Part shown: in pieces, positions 1 to 8,832 of the stretch | Numbering within the stretch: the stretch's first letter is position 1 | How the letters are laid out: each line of letters opens with the position of its first letter | IMG/VR virus record: IMGVR_UViG_3300029305_012101 | Length of the DNA stretch: 20,000 nt | Reading direction: 5' to 3' (one strand) | Source of the DNA: an uncultured virus (IMG/VR IMGVR_UViG_3300029305_012101) | Taxonomy: Duplodnaviria > Heunggongvirae > Uroviricota > Caudoviricetes | Position numbers and translations under genes: made by a program | The notes under the pieces: generated by a model | Seen by the model: the letters and a program-made list of their open reading frames with translations, nothing else | Databases searched by the model: none | What the model was told of the DNA's origin: nothing

Positions 1-1854
1 AAGCTGAAAAGCAGCTATGAGGCTTATTCCGATGCGGCATCGGCTTTGCTGGACGATAAGCAGTATGCGTCCGAGGAGTCCATCAACGCACTTCTGGGTG
101 ACACTGAAGATGCGAAAAATGTGCTGAAAGCATCCAAGGACTATTATGCACAAACCCGGAAGCAGCTGAAGGAAAAAACGACTGAGTTCACCAAGGCTCT
201 GGAAAAGGCGCTGGATGATAACGGAGACGGCAAGATCAACTTCGCGGTTGGCGAGGGCGTCATTTCTCTGGATGAAGAGAAGAGTCTGCAGGAGATCCGC
301 AGCCAAATTTCCAGAATCACCGCCCAGATCGAGCAGGAGCAGTACACGGCCGACATGAACATCATCAAGGCCAAATTCAGCACTGATAACATAAATGTGG
401 AGAGTTTCGGGCTGCTTATGGACGAGTTGGAGTCCACCAACAGCGAAGTTATTTCCAGTTTCTGGGATGAGTTCGGCGCAGCATCCGTTGGTCTGGAGGA
501 AGGCAGCGATGCCTGGAACACGCTGCTGGAAGGTACACTTACTGAGATTGCCAACACCCTGCAGAATGCCGGCGATCTGGGCATGGATAAGCTGCAATCC
601 AGATGGGCAAAGGATCTTGGCATCCTTGGCCATGATCTCTCTGACATTCTGGCGAACAATACCGGCCCCGAAATCACGGCGGCCGCGGAAAATCTGAGCA
701 AGGAAACCAGGGCATCCATCGACGCGATGCTGGATCACATGGCGCCGACCACAGAGCAGATCCAGGAAGTGGTGGAGGCATACCGAAACGCCGGGCTGGA
801 GGATAAAATCCCGGAGGCTTTGCTGAGCTATCTGAATACCACGGAATTCTACGAAGCGCTGTCAGCAGGACCGAAGGCTGTGGAGAATTTCTTCCGAACC
901 TTAGAGATTGACATCGAGCCGAAGGGCTTCAATTATGACGCCTCTTTTGAAGAGTGGCAGCTAAACGCCCCTCTTGGGCAGGTTTTTGAAGTAGAGGCAA
1001 ATGTCAAAACCAACTGGACCTATGACGCATGGGATGATGAGTGGATCGCACCGGATGAGACTATTTCCTTCACTACGGAAGCCATGGTCAAGGCCGGATG
1101 GACATACAATCCGTTTGAGGAACAGTGGATCAGCCCGGGAGAAGCATATACATTCGGCACCAACGGCGAGGTGAATGTATCCTGGCTTGTGGATAAGTTT
1201 GGGGACAAAGTTCTCGCTGATGGTAGCACAAATGCGACCTTTGGTGTGAATTCTTCCTATACAGCCAGCACGACCGTCGATCTGTACACCAAGTATAACG
1301 TGATTCCCAGCCAGAAAAAGGCTTATGACCTTTTGCTGGACGAGGGCTACTATGGAGCACCCGGCGGCCAGGGATACCGGGGCGGCATCTTCGGCGGCGA
1401 CAGCGCCATGGATGCCTTTGCACGGGGCGGCCGGACGGACAACAGCGGCATCGTGGGCGGCAGCACCCGGTTCATCCGGGTGAATGAGGAAAGCCCGGAG
1501 ATGATCATCCCCCTGAGCAGCCAGCGCAGAGACCGGGCCATCGACCTGTGGGAGAAGACCGGAGAACTGCTGGACGTGGATCGATACGCCAGAGGCGGCT
1601 ATGTTGGCCGGCAGATGAGCGAGGGCTTCAGTTTCCGTGCATACGATGCCGATGATGGCGTTGGCGGCCGGGTGGTTCAGGTGGACATGGGCGGCGTGAC
1701 CGTGGAGTTCCATGTGGACGTAAGCGGCGGGCAGAGCGTGGCGGAAGCCATTCAGGCCCAGGCACCCGAGATCGCAGAGATGGTGGCCGGCATTATCAAC
1801 GACGCCATCGGCGCTCAGTTTGAGAACACACCGACGAAGGGAGGCGCCGCCTGA
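1..1854 (+). CDS. Tail tape-measure protein, C-terminal part (5'-truncated by window)
   Basis: Frame is open from base 1; long helical Ala/Glu/Leu-rich region, then the typical TMP C-terminal motif FARGG...GIVGG...VNEESPEMIIPLS...AIDLWEKTGELL; directly upstream of the LysM XkdP-like gene (TGATG overlap). Confidence 0.85.
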   Translation, partial: KLKSSYEAYSDAASALLDDKQYASEESINALLGDTEDAKNVLKASKDYYAQTRKQLKEKTTEFTKALEKALDDNGDGKINFAVGEGVISLDEEKSLQEIRSQISRITAQIEQEQYTADMNIIKAKFSTDNINVESFGLLMDELESTNSEVISSFWDEFGAASVGLEEGSDAWNTLLEGTLTEIANTLQNAGDLGMDKLQSRWAKDLGILGHDLSDILANNTGPEITAAAENLSKETRASIDAMLDHMAPTTEQIQEVVEAYRNAGLEDKIPEALLSYLNTTEFYEALSAGPKAVENFFRTLEIDIEPKGFNYDASFEEWQLNAPLGQVFEVEANVKTNWTYDAWDDEWIAPDETISFTTEAMVKAGWTYNPFEEQWISPGEAYTFGTNGEVNVSWLVDKFGDKVLADGSTNATFGVNSSYTASTTVDLYTKYNVIPSQKKAYDLLLDEGYYGAPGGQGYRGGIFGGDSAMDAFARGGRTDNSGIVGGSTRFIRVNEESPEMIIPLSSQRRDRAIDLWEKTGELLDVDRYARGGYVGRQMSEGFSFRAYDADDGVGGRVVQVDMGGVTVEFHVDVSGGQSVAEAIQAQAPEIAEMVAGIINDAIGAQFENTPTKGGAA

Positions 1855-2627
1855 TGAATATTGACATCTACATCCGCGAACGCGAAGGCAGCCGGGAGAT
1901 CCGCATCCCCTGGCTGCCGGAGACCATCCTTTTCAAGAGCGGCGGAACCGTCCGGGCAAGCTACGACATCATGAACAAGGGGCCGGCGGAGATCCCGACC
2001 GGCTCCGGCCTTTGTGAATACTCCTGGGAGAGCGTTTTCCCGGGGAAGTACCGGACGGACCGCTCTATGCAGCGGGGAGAATGGCAGGATCCCGCTGCCT
2101 ATCACAACATTCTGGAAGACTGGAAGGCCAAGGGGACGCCGCTGGTGATCCTGGCCGTGGGCTATCCCATCAACAAGGACGTCTATCTGGACGACTACAT
2201 CGGGAAGGCGGCCGGCGGCTTCGGGGACATCGAGTACGAAGTCTCTTTCATTGAGGATCGGGAGATCACCATCTCCTCCACAAAAGAGGCCTCCGGGGGC
2301 GGCACCCAGCGGCCTGCAGCGACAACAACCACCTACACCATCAAGCAGGGTGACACCCTGTGGAGCATCGCCCAGCGGTTTTTGGGCTCCGGCGCCAGGT
2401 GGATCGAGATCTACAACGCCAATAAGGAGATCATCGAGAGCACCGCGAAAAAGCGGTGGAAAGCCGCAGGGATCGACCGCGACAGCCAGAACGGCCACTG
2501 GATCTTCCCGGGGACCGTGATCACCATTCCCGGCGCAAGCGGAACATCTGCAGGCGGAACGACGAAGAGCTCTTCGATCACAAGCGCTGCCGGCAAGAAC
2601 AAGAACGAAATCCTGACCAAGAATTAG
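1854..2627 (+). CDS. xkdP: XkdP-like tail tube initiator/baseplate protein with LysM domain
   Basis: LysM signature TYTIKQGDTLWSIAQRFLGSGARWIEIYNANK...IFPGTVITIP; RBS GGAGG; canonical position after the tape measure. Confidence 0.85.
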   Translation: MNIDIYIREREGSREIRIPWLPETILFKSGGTVRASYDIMNKGPAEIPTGSGLCEYSWESVFPGKYRTDRSMQRGEWQDPAAYHNILEDWKAKGTPLVILAVGYPINKDVYLDDYIGKAAGGFGDIEYEVSFIEDREITISSTKEASGGGTQRPAATTTTYTIKQGDTLWSIAQRFLGSGARWIEIYNANKEIIESTAKKRWKAAGIDRDSQNGHWIFPGTVITIPGASGTSAGGTTKSSSITSAAGKNKNEILTKN

Positions 2628-2637
2628 GAGTGACAGC

Positions 2638-3642
2638 ATGAAGGCATCCGTCAAGAATCCTATCTATACGGTCTACATCGTATCCGGTCAGACCAAATAC
2701 AACCTGACCAACGCGGTGGAGAGTATCGGCTTTTCCGAGCAGAAAAAGCAGATCGCCAAAAGCTGCACCATCGATCTGGTCAACGTGAAGGTCGGCGGAT
2801 CCTGGCTGTCCTCCCTGCTGAAGGTGAGAGACCGGGTATTTATTTACGCGGACGACGGAGAGCGGAGCGAGGAGGTCTGGCGGGGCTACGTTTGGACCCG
2901 CTCCTACCGGTCCCGGCTGGACGGCCACAACCTGACGCTGAAGTGCTACGACAACCTGATCTACTGGCAGGAGAGCGAGGATGCGGAGTTTTTCGCCTCC
3001 GGCAAGAGCACGAAGGAGATTCTTTCCACACTCTGCAGCAAGTGGGGTGTGAAGCTGGAATACAGCTATGAAAGCATTACCCACTCCAAGCTGGCCCTGC
3101 GGGGCACCATGAGCGACATCGTGACCAGCGATGTGCTGGATCTGGTGAAGGACAGAACCGGGAAGAAATACGTCATCACCAGCGAAAAGGACGTGGTGAA
3201 CATCCGCACCATCGGATCCAACAGCCGGGTCTACACGATCAAAAGCGGCCAGAACGCGATCCAGACCAGCAGCGAATGCACCATGGAAGGGATGACCACC
3301 CAGGTGGTGATCCTGGGCAAGGCGGACAAAGAGGACCGCCAGAAGGTGGAGGGAACGGTCTCCGGGAATACCGGAGCCTACGGCACCCTGCAAAAGCTCA
3401 TCACCCGGGACGAAAACACCAGCCTGGATGACACCAAAAAGGAAGCCCAGAGCATCATCGATGCGGACGGGAAGCCCAAGTGGGAGTACGAAATCACGAC
3501 GGTGGACATCCCATGGATCCGAAAAGGAGACAGGGTGAAAGCCAGCGCCGGCGACATGACCAGCACCTACATCGTTGTTGGCATCGACCGGGATCTGAGC
3601 AATTCCAAAAAGCAGATGACGCTGACTGTGGAAAACGCATAA
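2638..3642 (+). CDS. xkdQ: XkdQ-like baseplate hub protein
   Basis: 334 aa, AGGAG RBS, motifs LKCYDNLIY, YGTLQKL, IPWIRKGDRV; position between the LysM gene and the spike gene. Confidence 0.8.
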   Translation: MKASVKNPIYTVYIVSGQTKYNLTNAVESIGFSEQKKQIAKSCTIDLVNVKVGGSWLSSLLKVRDRVFIYADDGERSEEVWRGYVWTRSYRSRLDGHNLTLKCYDNLIYWQESEDAEFFASGKSTKEILSTLCSKWGVKLEYSYESITHSKLALRGTMSDIVTSDVLDLVKDRTGKKYVITSEKDVVNIRTIGSNSRVYTIKSGQNAIQTSSECTMEGMTTQVVILGKADKEDRQKVEGTVSGNTGAYGTLQKLITRDENTSLDDTKKEAQSIIDADGKPKWEYEITTVDIPWIRKGDRVKASAGDMTSTYIVVGIDRDLSNSKKQMTLTVENA

Positions 3643-3654
3643 GGAGGAACGGCC

Positions 3655-4101
3655 ATGAGCAGCAACATCCAGCGGCTGGGCAATACGCTTACCAGCCGCA
3701 TGGCCAAAACGGCAAAGGCGGCGATCCCGGTGACGGTGGAGCTGGGCATCATCAATGGCGATCTGAGCCTGAGCGTGGACAGCCTGCCCGGAAAGATCAG
3801 TCCCAGCGACTACATGGTGGATCTGAGCCTGACCCACGAAACCTACTACACCTACAACGAGCTCTACAACACCGACATGGTCCCTGCCAGGACCTATCAC
3901 AAGCACTACGAAGGCGAGCACAGCGGCCATGAAAGCGGCGACGGCGGCCACAAGCACACCACCGACGGCCTGCACGACCATCGCGTCCCATCCGTTTTCC
4001 GGCGGCTGAAGGCGGGGGATCGCGTACTGGTGATCTGGGTGGGCCATGAGCCGATCATCATCAGCATCGTGGTCGCCGGAGACACCATCACGCCGAATTA
4101 A
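3655..4101 (+). CDS. XkdR-like central spike protein with His-rich loop
   Basis: AAGGAGG RBS; C-terminal LKAGDRVLVIW motif typical of DUF2577/XkdR-like proteins; HxH-rich segment; synteny. Confidence 0.7.
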   Translation: MSSNIQRLGNTLTSRMAKTAKAAIPVTVELGIINGDLSLSVDSLPGKISPSDYMVDLSLTHETYYTYNELYNTDMVPARTYHKHYEGEHSGHESGDGGHKHTTDGLHDHRVPSVFRRLKAGDRVLVIWVGHEPIIISIVVAGDTITPN

Positions 4102-4112
4102 GGAGGGAGAGC

Positions 4113-4583
4113 ATGCCTAATCTGCTGCCGGAAGGCTATGAATATGAAATCATCACCGATGCGGACCGGCTGGAGGAGCAGCCCATCGGCTACCGCAACG
4201 GATCCGCCTTTGACTACGAGATCGGCGACTACCGCCGGGACGGAAAGTACAAGATCCTGGACAGCGACGGCGTGGAAAGCTGGAAGGCATGGGTGATCAA
4301 CTGCATGAGCACCGAGCGGTACAAGCACCTGGCCTACTCCACCGACTTCGGCATCGAACTGGACAAGGTTTTCGCTGCGGGATCCCGGGAGGAAGCGGAA
4401 AGCATCTTGGCCCGGCAGATCACCGAGGCCGTTCTGGCCGACGACTACAAGCGGACGGAATATGTGGAAAGCCTGGAATTTTCCTGGCCGGCACCGGACG
4501 CCATCCTGGTCCGGGCCGTTCTGCACGGCTATGAGGATGTGACGATAGATGTGACGGCCTACATCACCAGAAGGGAGAGCTGA
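4113..4583 (+). CDS. xkdS: XkdS-like (DUF2634) baseplate wedge/sheath initiator protein
   Basis: Motif W..NCMSTERYKHLAYSTDFGIEL...EAESILARQITEAVL matches the XkdS family pattern; RBS AAGGAGG; precedes baseplate J. Confidence 0.85.
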   Translation: MPNLLPEGYEYEIITDADRLEEQPIGYRNGSAFDYEIGDYRRDGKYKILDSDGVESWKAWVINCMSTERYKHLAYSTDFGIELDKVFAAGSREEAESILARQITEAVLADDYKRTEYVESLEFSWPAPDAILVRAVLHGYEDVTIDVTAYITRRES

Positions 4584-4584
4584 C

Positions 4585-6030
4585 ATGGCGGAATTTGTCA
4601 TACCTGAATTTTTACAGCATCACAGCGTGGACGAGGTCCACGAAATCATGAAGAGCATTCTGCCCGCCGACATCGACATCAGCGAAGGCAGCCATGAGTG
4701 GAACAAAACAAGGCCCACGGCGCTGGTCGTGGCGGAGGTCTGCGAGTTTGTTCTGCCGGAGGTGATCAAGCTGATCTTCCCGGAATTCTCCTACGATGAA
4801 TTCCTGGGCTATCACGCCAAAACCCGGAACATGGAGCGGCTGGACGCCACGGCGGCCACAGGCGAGATCACCATCACCGGAGAGATCGGATCGAAAATCC
4901 CCGCCGGGAGCCTCTTTGCCACGGTCTCCATCAACGACGAGCCCTCCATTTCCTACCGGACCACGGAGGACGGGGAGATCACCGACGAGGCCATTGTAAA
5001 GGCTTCAATCCGCTGCATCGAGGAGGGAACTGCCGGAAATGTTGTGAAAAATACGCCGTTTTTCGCAAAAGACCAGATTGATGGTGTTGTTTCCGCAGTC
5101 AATGAAGAGGCGATCCGGTTCAACGAGAAATTGGATCCGCAGTATGCTTCCGGTTTGTTGACCATCACCGGAAAGGTGGGCACGGTCATCCCGGCCGGCA
5201 GCATCTTCTCCTCCCGCTATTCCGACCAGTATCCTAGCGTCCAGTACGAAACGCTGCAGGAGATCGTGATCCCTGCCTGCGTGAGAGTGCGTGTGGAATG
5301 CACGGAAGTCGGCAGCGTCGGCAACACCATCCGGGATACTGTGATCCTGGTGGGCAGTAAGCTGACCGGCATCAAGGCCGTGACCAACGAGGAGCCCATC
5401 ACCGGCGGCACGGAGCGGGAAAGCGACGAATCCCTCCAGGAGCGAATCACGGAATACGACCGGACTCAGGGTGAGAGCTTTGTCGGCAATGTGGCCGACT
5501 ACAAGCGCTGGGCAGAAAATGTGGATGGTGTGGGCGCGGCCATCGTGATCCCAGCTTACGACGACACCGGGCTGGTGACGATCATTATCATCGACGCAAA
5601 CGGCGCCCCTGCAACCGAAGAATTGTGCGAGTCGGTTTATAATTACATTATGAGGCCCGACGACGAAGAAAGCCGTCTGGCTCCCGTCAATGCGTATCTC
5701 TCTGTTATCCCGCCGGAGACGCTGACCATCTGCGTGAAGGCCACGACGGAGTTGGAATATGAGGCGACGCTGGAATCCGTGAAGGCTAATTTCATGGCTG
5801 CTCTGGCTCTGTACATCCCGGAGGCACTTGTGGACAAGGAGATCAAATACTCCCGTATCTGGTCCATTCTTTCTTCTGTGGCAGGTGTAAACGATCATAA
5901 GGGTCTGAAGGTCGGGTTGAAATACAGCGGAGAGAACATCGCCTACGGAACCGGCAATATCCCGATCACGGCCAGACAGCTGCCCATCATCGAGGTGGAA
6001 AATCTGGACCTGACCACTGGATCCGTGTGA
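4585..6030 (+). CDS. xkdT: Baseplate J / XkdT-like protein with internally duplicated domain
   Basis: DISEGS, ATGEITITG..G..IPAG, G..GN, VTNEEPITGGTERESDESLQER, GNVADYKRWA..VDGVG, SVAGVND motifs of Baseplate_J. Confidence 0.9.
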   Translation: MAEFVIPEFLQHHSVDEVHEIMKSILPADIDISEGSHEWNKTRPTALVVAEVCEFVLPEVIKLIFPEFSYDEFLGYHAKTRNMERLDATAATGEITITGEIGSKIPAGSLFATVSINDEPSISYRTTEDGEITDEAIVKASIRCIEEGTAGNVVKNTPFFAKDQIDGVVSAVNEEAIRFNEKLDPQYASGLLTITGKVGTVIPAGSIFSSRYSDQYPSVQYETLQEIVIPACVRVRVECTEVGSVGNTIRDTVILVGSKLTGIKAVTNEEPITGGTERESDESLQERITEYDRTQGESFVGNVADYKRWAENVDGVGAAIVIPAYDDTGLVTIIIIDANGAPATEELCESVYNYIMRPDDEESRLAPVNAYLSVIPPETLTICVKATTELEYEATLESVKANFMAALALYIPEALVDKEIKYSRIWSILSSVAGVNDHKGLKVGLKYSGENIAYGTGNIPITARQLPIIEVENLDLTTGSV

Positions 6031-6041
6031 GGTGAGCGCCT

Positions 6042-6902
6042 ATGAAGCAACAGACGGAGCTGATGCGGCGGATCCTGAAACATGAGATCGCCCAAAAAAT
6101 CATTGATTACGTCTCCCCTATCTACGGAGACAGCTACGTCGCGCTGTGGATCTACGAGGCCATCGGCGTGGCCCTGAGCGAGATCGTCACCATTGCGGAA
6201 AAGCTGCGGTATGAGACCAACCCGATGACCACCACGCTGCTGATGGACTACTGGGAGGATCACTACGGCCTCCACCGGGACAGCCGGCTAACCATGGAAG
6301 ACCGCCGGGAGCGGCTGCTGGAAAAGATCCGGTTCCGCGCCCCCTGCAACCCAGAAAAACTGGCGAAGGCCATGGAGCGGGTGCTGGAGGTGCCGGTGGA
6401 GATCACCGAGAGGGTGGCAAAGAACACCTTCCAGGTGGAGATCATGGATACGGTGGCGGATTTTGGAAAGCTCCTCCACGCCCTCTCTGTCCTGGAAAAG
6501 CGCAAGCCGGCCCATCTCATTTACCGTGTCAACGTGAACAATCCGGTGGACGAAACGGATCTGAAGATGGCGGCCGCTACAACGATGGACGAGCAATACT
6601 CCGTCGGTGTGGAAGCAATCAAGCTGACGCTGCAGACGACTCTGGAAAAAGCCATCCAGCTGGGCGCTGTGGTGACTATGCGAGAGAGTTTTGGCGTTAA
6701 TCCCAACGAAATTGCCATCGAAACCCGGACGGAAATCGAACATGAGGCAAAATTGGCTACTCCCATAGCCGCAAGAGAGGTCTACAACATTACTGACATT
6801 AAACGGACTGCGCGAATCGCAGTGGAGACGGCATTCAAAATCGCCTCCCCGATTTTCAGCAGCGAGGAATTTACCATCGAGGAGGTAAGAACCAATGAGT
6901 GA
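6042..6902 (+). CDS. xkdU: XkdU/YmfQ-like (DUF2313) baseplate protein with repeated C-terminal extension
   Basis: LMDYWEDHYGL...LTMEDRRERL and KPAHLIY motifs; follows baseplate J; RBS GAGGTG. Confidence 0.8.
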   Translation: MKQQTELMRRILKHEIAQKIIDYVSPIYGDSYVALWIYEAIGVALSEIVTIAEKLRYETNPMTTTLLMDYWEDHYGLHRDSRLTMEDRRERLLEKIRFRAPCNPEKLAKAMERVLEVPVEITERVAKNTFQVEIMDTVADFGKLLHALSVLEKRKPAHLIYRVNVNNPVDETDLKMAAATTMDEQYSVGVEAIKLTLQTTLEKAIQLGAVVTMRESFGVNPNEIAIETRTEIEHEAKLATPIAAREVYNITDIKRTARIAVETAFKIASPIFSSEEFTIEEVRTNE

Positions 6903-7698
6903 CATCATCGAAATCCCCAACTCCTGGAAGGCGGGCGTCATCACCAACGACGGTCTGGGCCTGCTGAGTAAACTGGTGAAGGGTCATACCCTGAACATCA
7001 TCAGAGCAGAGATCGGCGCCGGCTGGGTGGATCCCGAGCAGCTGAACACCCTGAAGGCCGTCATGGAGCCTATGCAGGCGCTGTCCTTCTCCACAGTGAG
7101 CTACCCGGAGGAAGGCAAGTGCGTTATCCCCTGCAAACTGGACAACAGCAATGTGACGGAAAGCTACATCGGCCGACAGATCGGCCTGTACGCCCAGGAT
7201 CCCGACAAGGGCGAGATCCTGTTCTACGTTACCCAGGTGGAGGACGAGGACGGCGGCACCGGCATCCCCGCAAACAACATTATCCCCAGTTATTCTGCTA
7301 CCTGGAACCTGGTGATCTACTACGGCATGGCCGATGGCGTGGACGTGACTGTGGATCCCGCAAGTTCCGTTACCCATGAGGAAATGGAGCAGTTTGTGGA
7401 GGACGCTCTGGAAGGCTTCCAGGAGGACATGCGCCCGGCCACCAACGAAGAGATCGACGCTGCTCTGGGTTCCTATTCCGGCGGCGAAGGTGGCGGAGAC
7501 ATGGGCTTTACCGTGCCTCTGGACCACACACTCCTGTTCAACCGCGATGCGGAGGATCAGCACCCCATCGAGTCTATCACCGGTCTGGAGGAAGCTCTGG
7601 ACAAATTGGAGGATATGGCAGAAGACGATGGCGGCCCGGTCATGACGGACGGCGAAATCGACGACGTGTGGAACAACATAATGGGTGAAGGTGTGTAA
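6895..7698 (+). CDS. Tail fibre baseplate-anchoring protein (tail-collar/fibre N-terminal domain)
   Basis: W..GVITNDGLGLL...IG.G and RQIGLYAQDPDKGEILFY motifs typical of fibre N-termini; QHPIESITGLEEAL tail-repeat motif; RBS GGAGGT. Confidence 0.75.
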   Translation: MSDIIEIPNSWKAGVITNDGLGLLSKLVKGHTLNIIRAEIGAGWVDPEQLNTLKAVMEPMQALSFSTVSYPEEGKCVIPCKLDNSNVTESYIGRQIGLYAQDPDKGEILFYVTQVEDEDGGTGIPANNIIPSYSATWNLVIYYGMADGVDVTVDPASSVTHEEMEQFVEDALEGFQEDMRPATNEEIDAALGSYSGGEGGGDMGFTVPLDHTLLFNRDAEDQHPIESITGLEEALDKLEDMAEDDGGPVMTDGEIDDVWNNIMGEGV

Positions 7699-7727
7699 GC
7701 GCACATAGCATTATTTTTCCACTAAAA

Positions 7728-7810
7728 TTGCGCTTTAAGCGCAAATTCAAGTCAGCAACCGGGTAAACCCGGTAAATATATAGCTGAAACAAAAAATATT
7801 TTTTGGAGGT
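7728..7810. promoter_or_regulatory. AT-rich intergenic region with three palindromes and strong RBS
   Basis: TTGCGCTT-T-AAGCGCAA (7728-7744), ACCGGG-TAAA-CCCGGT (7758-7773), perfect CAAAAAATATTTTTTG (7790-7805) abutting GGAGGT. Confidence 0.45.
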
Positions 7811-7819
7811 AATTTTACC

Positions 7820-8722
7820 ATGGCAGAAGTCAAGTATGTATCCCAGGCTAATCTGAGCAGAATCCTGGGTAAGATCAAGGAAACCTACGTTGCCAAGGAG
7901 ACCGGCAAGGGTCTGTCCACCAACGACCTGACCAACGAGCTGCTGTCCAAGATCAACGGTATGGGTACTGTCGCCACTCTGAACGAGATCGGCGAGAGCA
8001 ACCTGTCCGCTGCCCTGCTGGAGAAGGTCAACGCCTCTGCTGAGGGCAACCACAGCCACGCCAACAAGGAGCTGCTGGACACCTACACCCAGACCGAGGC
8101 CAACCTGGCTGACGCTGTCGCCAAGAAGCACAGCCACGCCAACGCTGAGGAACTGGCAAAGATCGCTTCTGGCGACAAGGCCAAGTGGGATCAGGCCGTC
8201 ACTGACCTGGCTGCCGTTGTGGCCGACTACCTGAAGACCTCTGACAAGGAGGCCCTGCAGGCTCTGATCACCGCTCTGGATGGCCGCGTGACCATCAATG
8301 AGCAGGGCATCGCCACTCTGAACGGCAACTCCAGCGTTGAGGGCTCCGTTGACAAGAAGATCGCCGACGCGATCAACGCCTGGGCCGCTCAGGTGACTGA
8401 CGACGGCACCATCAACACCTACAAGGAGGCCCTGGAGTACATCGCCGCTCACGGCGGTGAGTACACCACTCTGCTGGGTGAGGTCACTCAGAACAAGAAC
8501 GCCATCGCTACCCTGAACGGCGACGCTTCCACCGCTGGCTCCGTTGCCAAGCAGGTCGCTGACGGCGACGCTGCTACCCTGGCTGCTGCCAATGAGTACA
8601 CCAACGGCAAGGACACCGCTATGGGCGCCCGCGTGAAGGCTATCGAGGATGACTACGTCAAGGCTTCCGAGCTGGTGGCATTCACCGATGCGGAGATCGA
8701 CGAGATCTGGGTCAACGCCTAA
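7820..8722 (+). CDS. Coiled-coil fibre/structural protein (tail or head fibre subunit)
   Basis: 300 aa; KETGKGLSTND, HSHAN repeats, IATLNG...GSV.K repeats seen in phage fibre proteins; strongly biased codon usage; RBS GGAGGT. Confidence 0.65.
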   Translation: MAEVKYVSQANLSRILGKIKETYVAKETGKGLSTNDLTNELLSKINGMGTVATLNEIGESNLSAALLEKVNASAEGNHSHANKELLDTYTQTEANLADAVAKKHSHANAEELAKIASGDKAKWDQAVTDLAAVVADYLKTSDKEALQALITALDGRVTINEQGIATLNGNSSVEGSVDKKIADAINAWAAQVTDDGTINTYKEALEYIAAHGGEYTTLLGEVTQNKNAIATLNGDASTAGSVAKQVADGDAATLAAANEYTNGKDTAMGARVKAIEDDYVKASELVAFTDAEIDEIWVNA

Positions 8723-8744
8723 GCAATAGGCGACTAATCTTAAT

Positions 8745-8818
8745 CCGGCCCCCGGCGTAATGCTGGGGGCCGGGTGATAAGATGCGGGGAACACCCGCTA
8801 TGTGTGGGGATTCCCGCA
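8745..8818 (+). promoter_or_regulatory. Two GC-rich intergenic stem-loops lacking a U-tract (mRNA stabiliser/partial terminator)
   Basis: CCGGCCCCCGGC-GTAAT-GCTGGGGGCCGG (8745-8773) and TGCGGGGA...TTCCCGCA (8783-8818) between the 7820 and 8833 genes. Confidence 0.55.
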
Positions 8819-8832
8819 GAAAGGAGATTACA

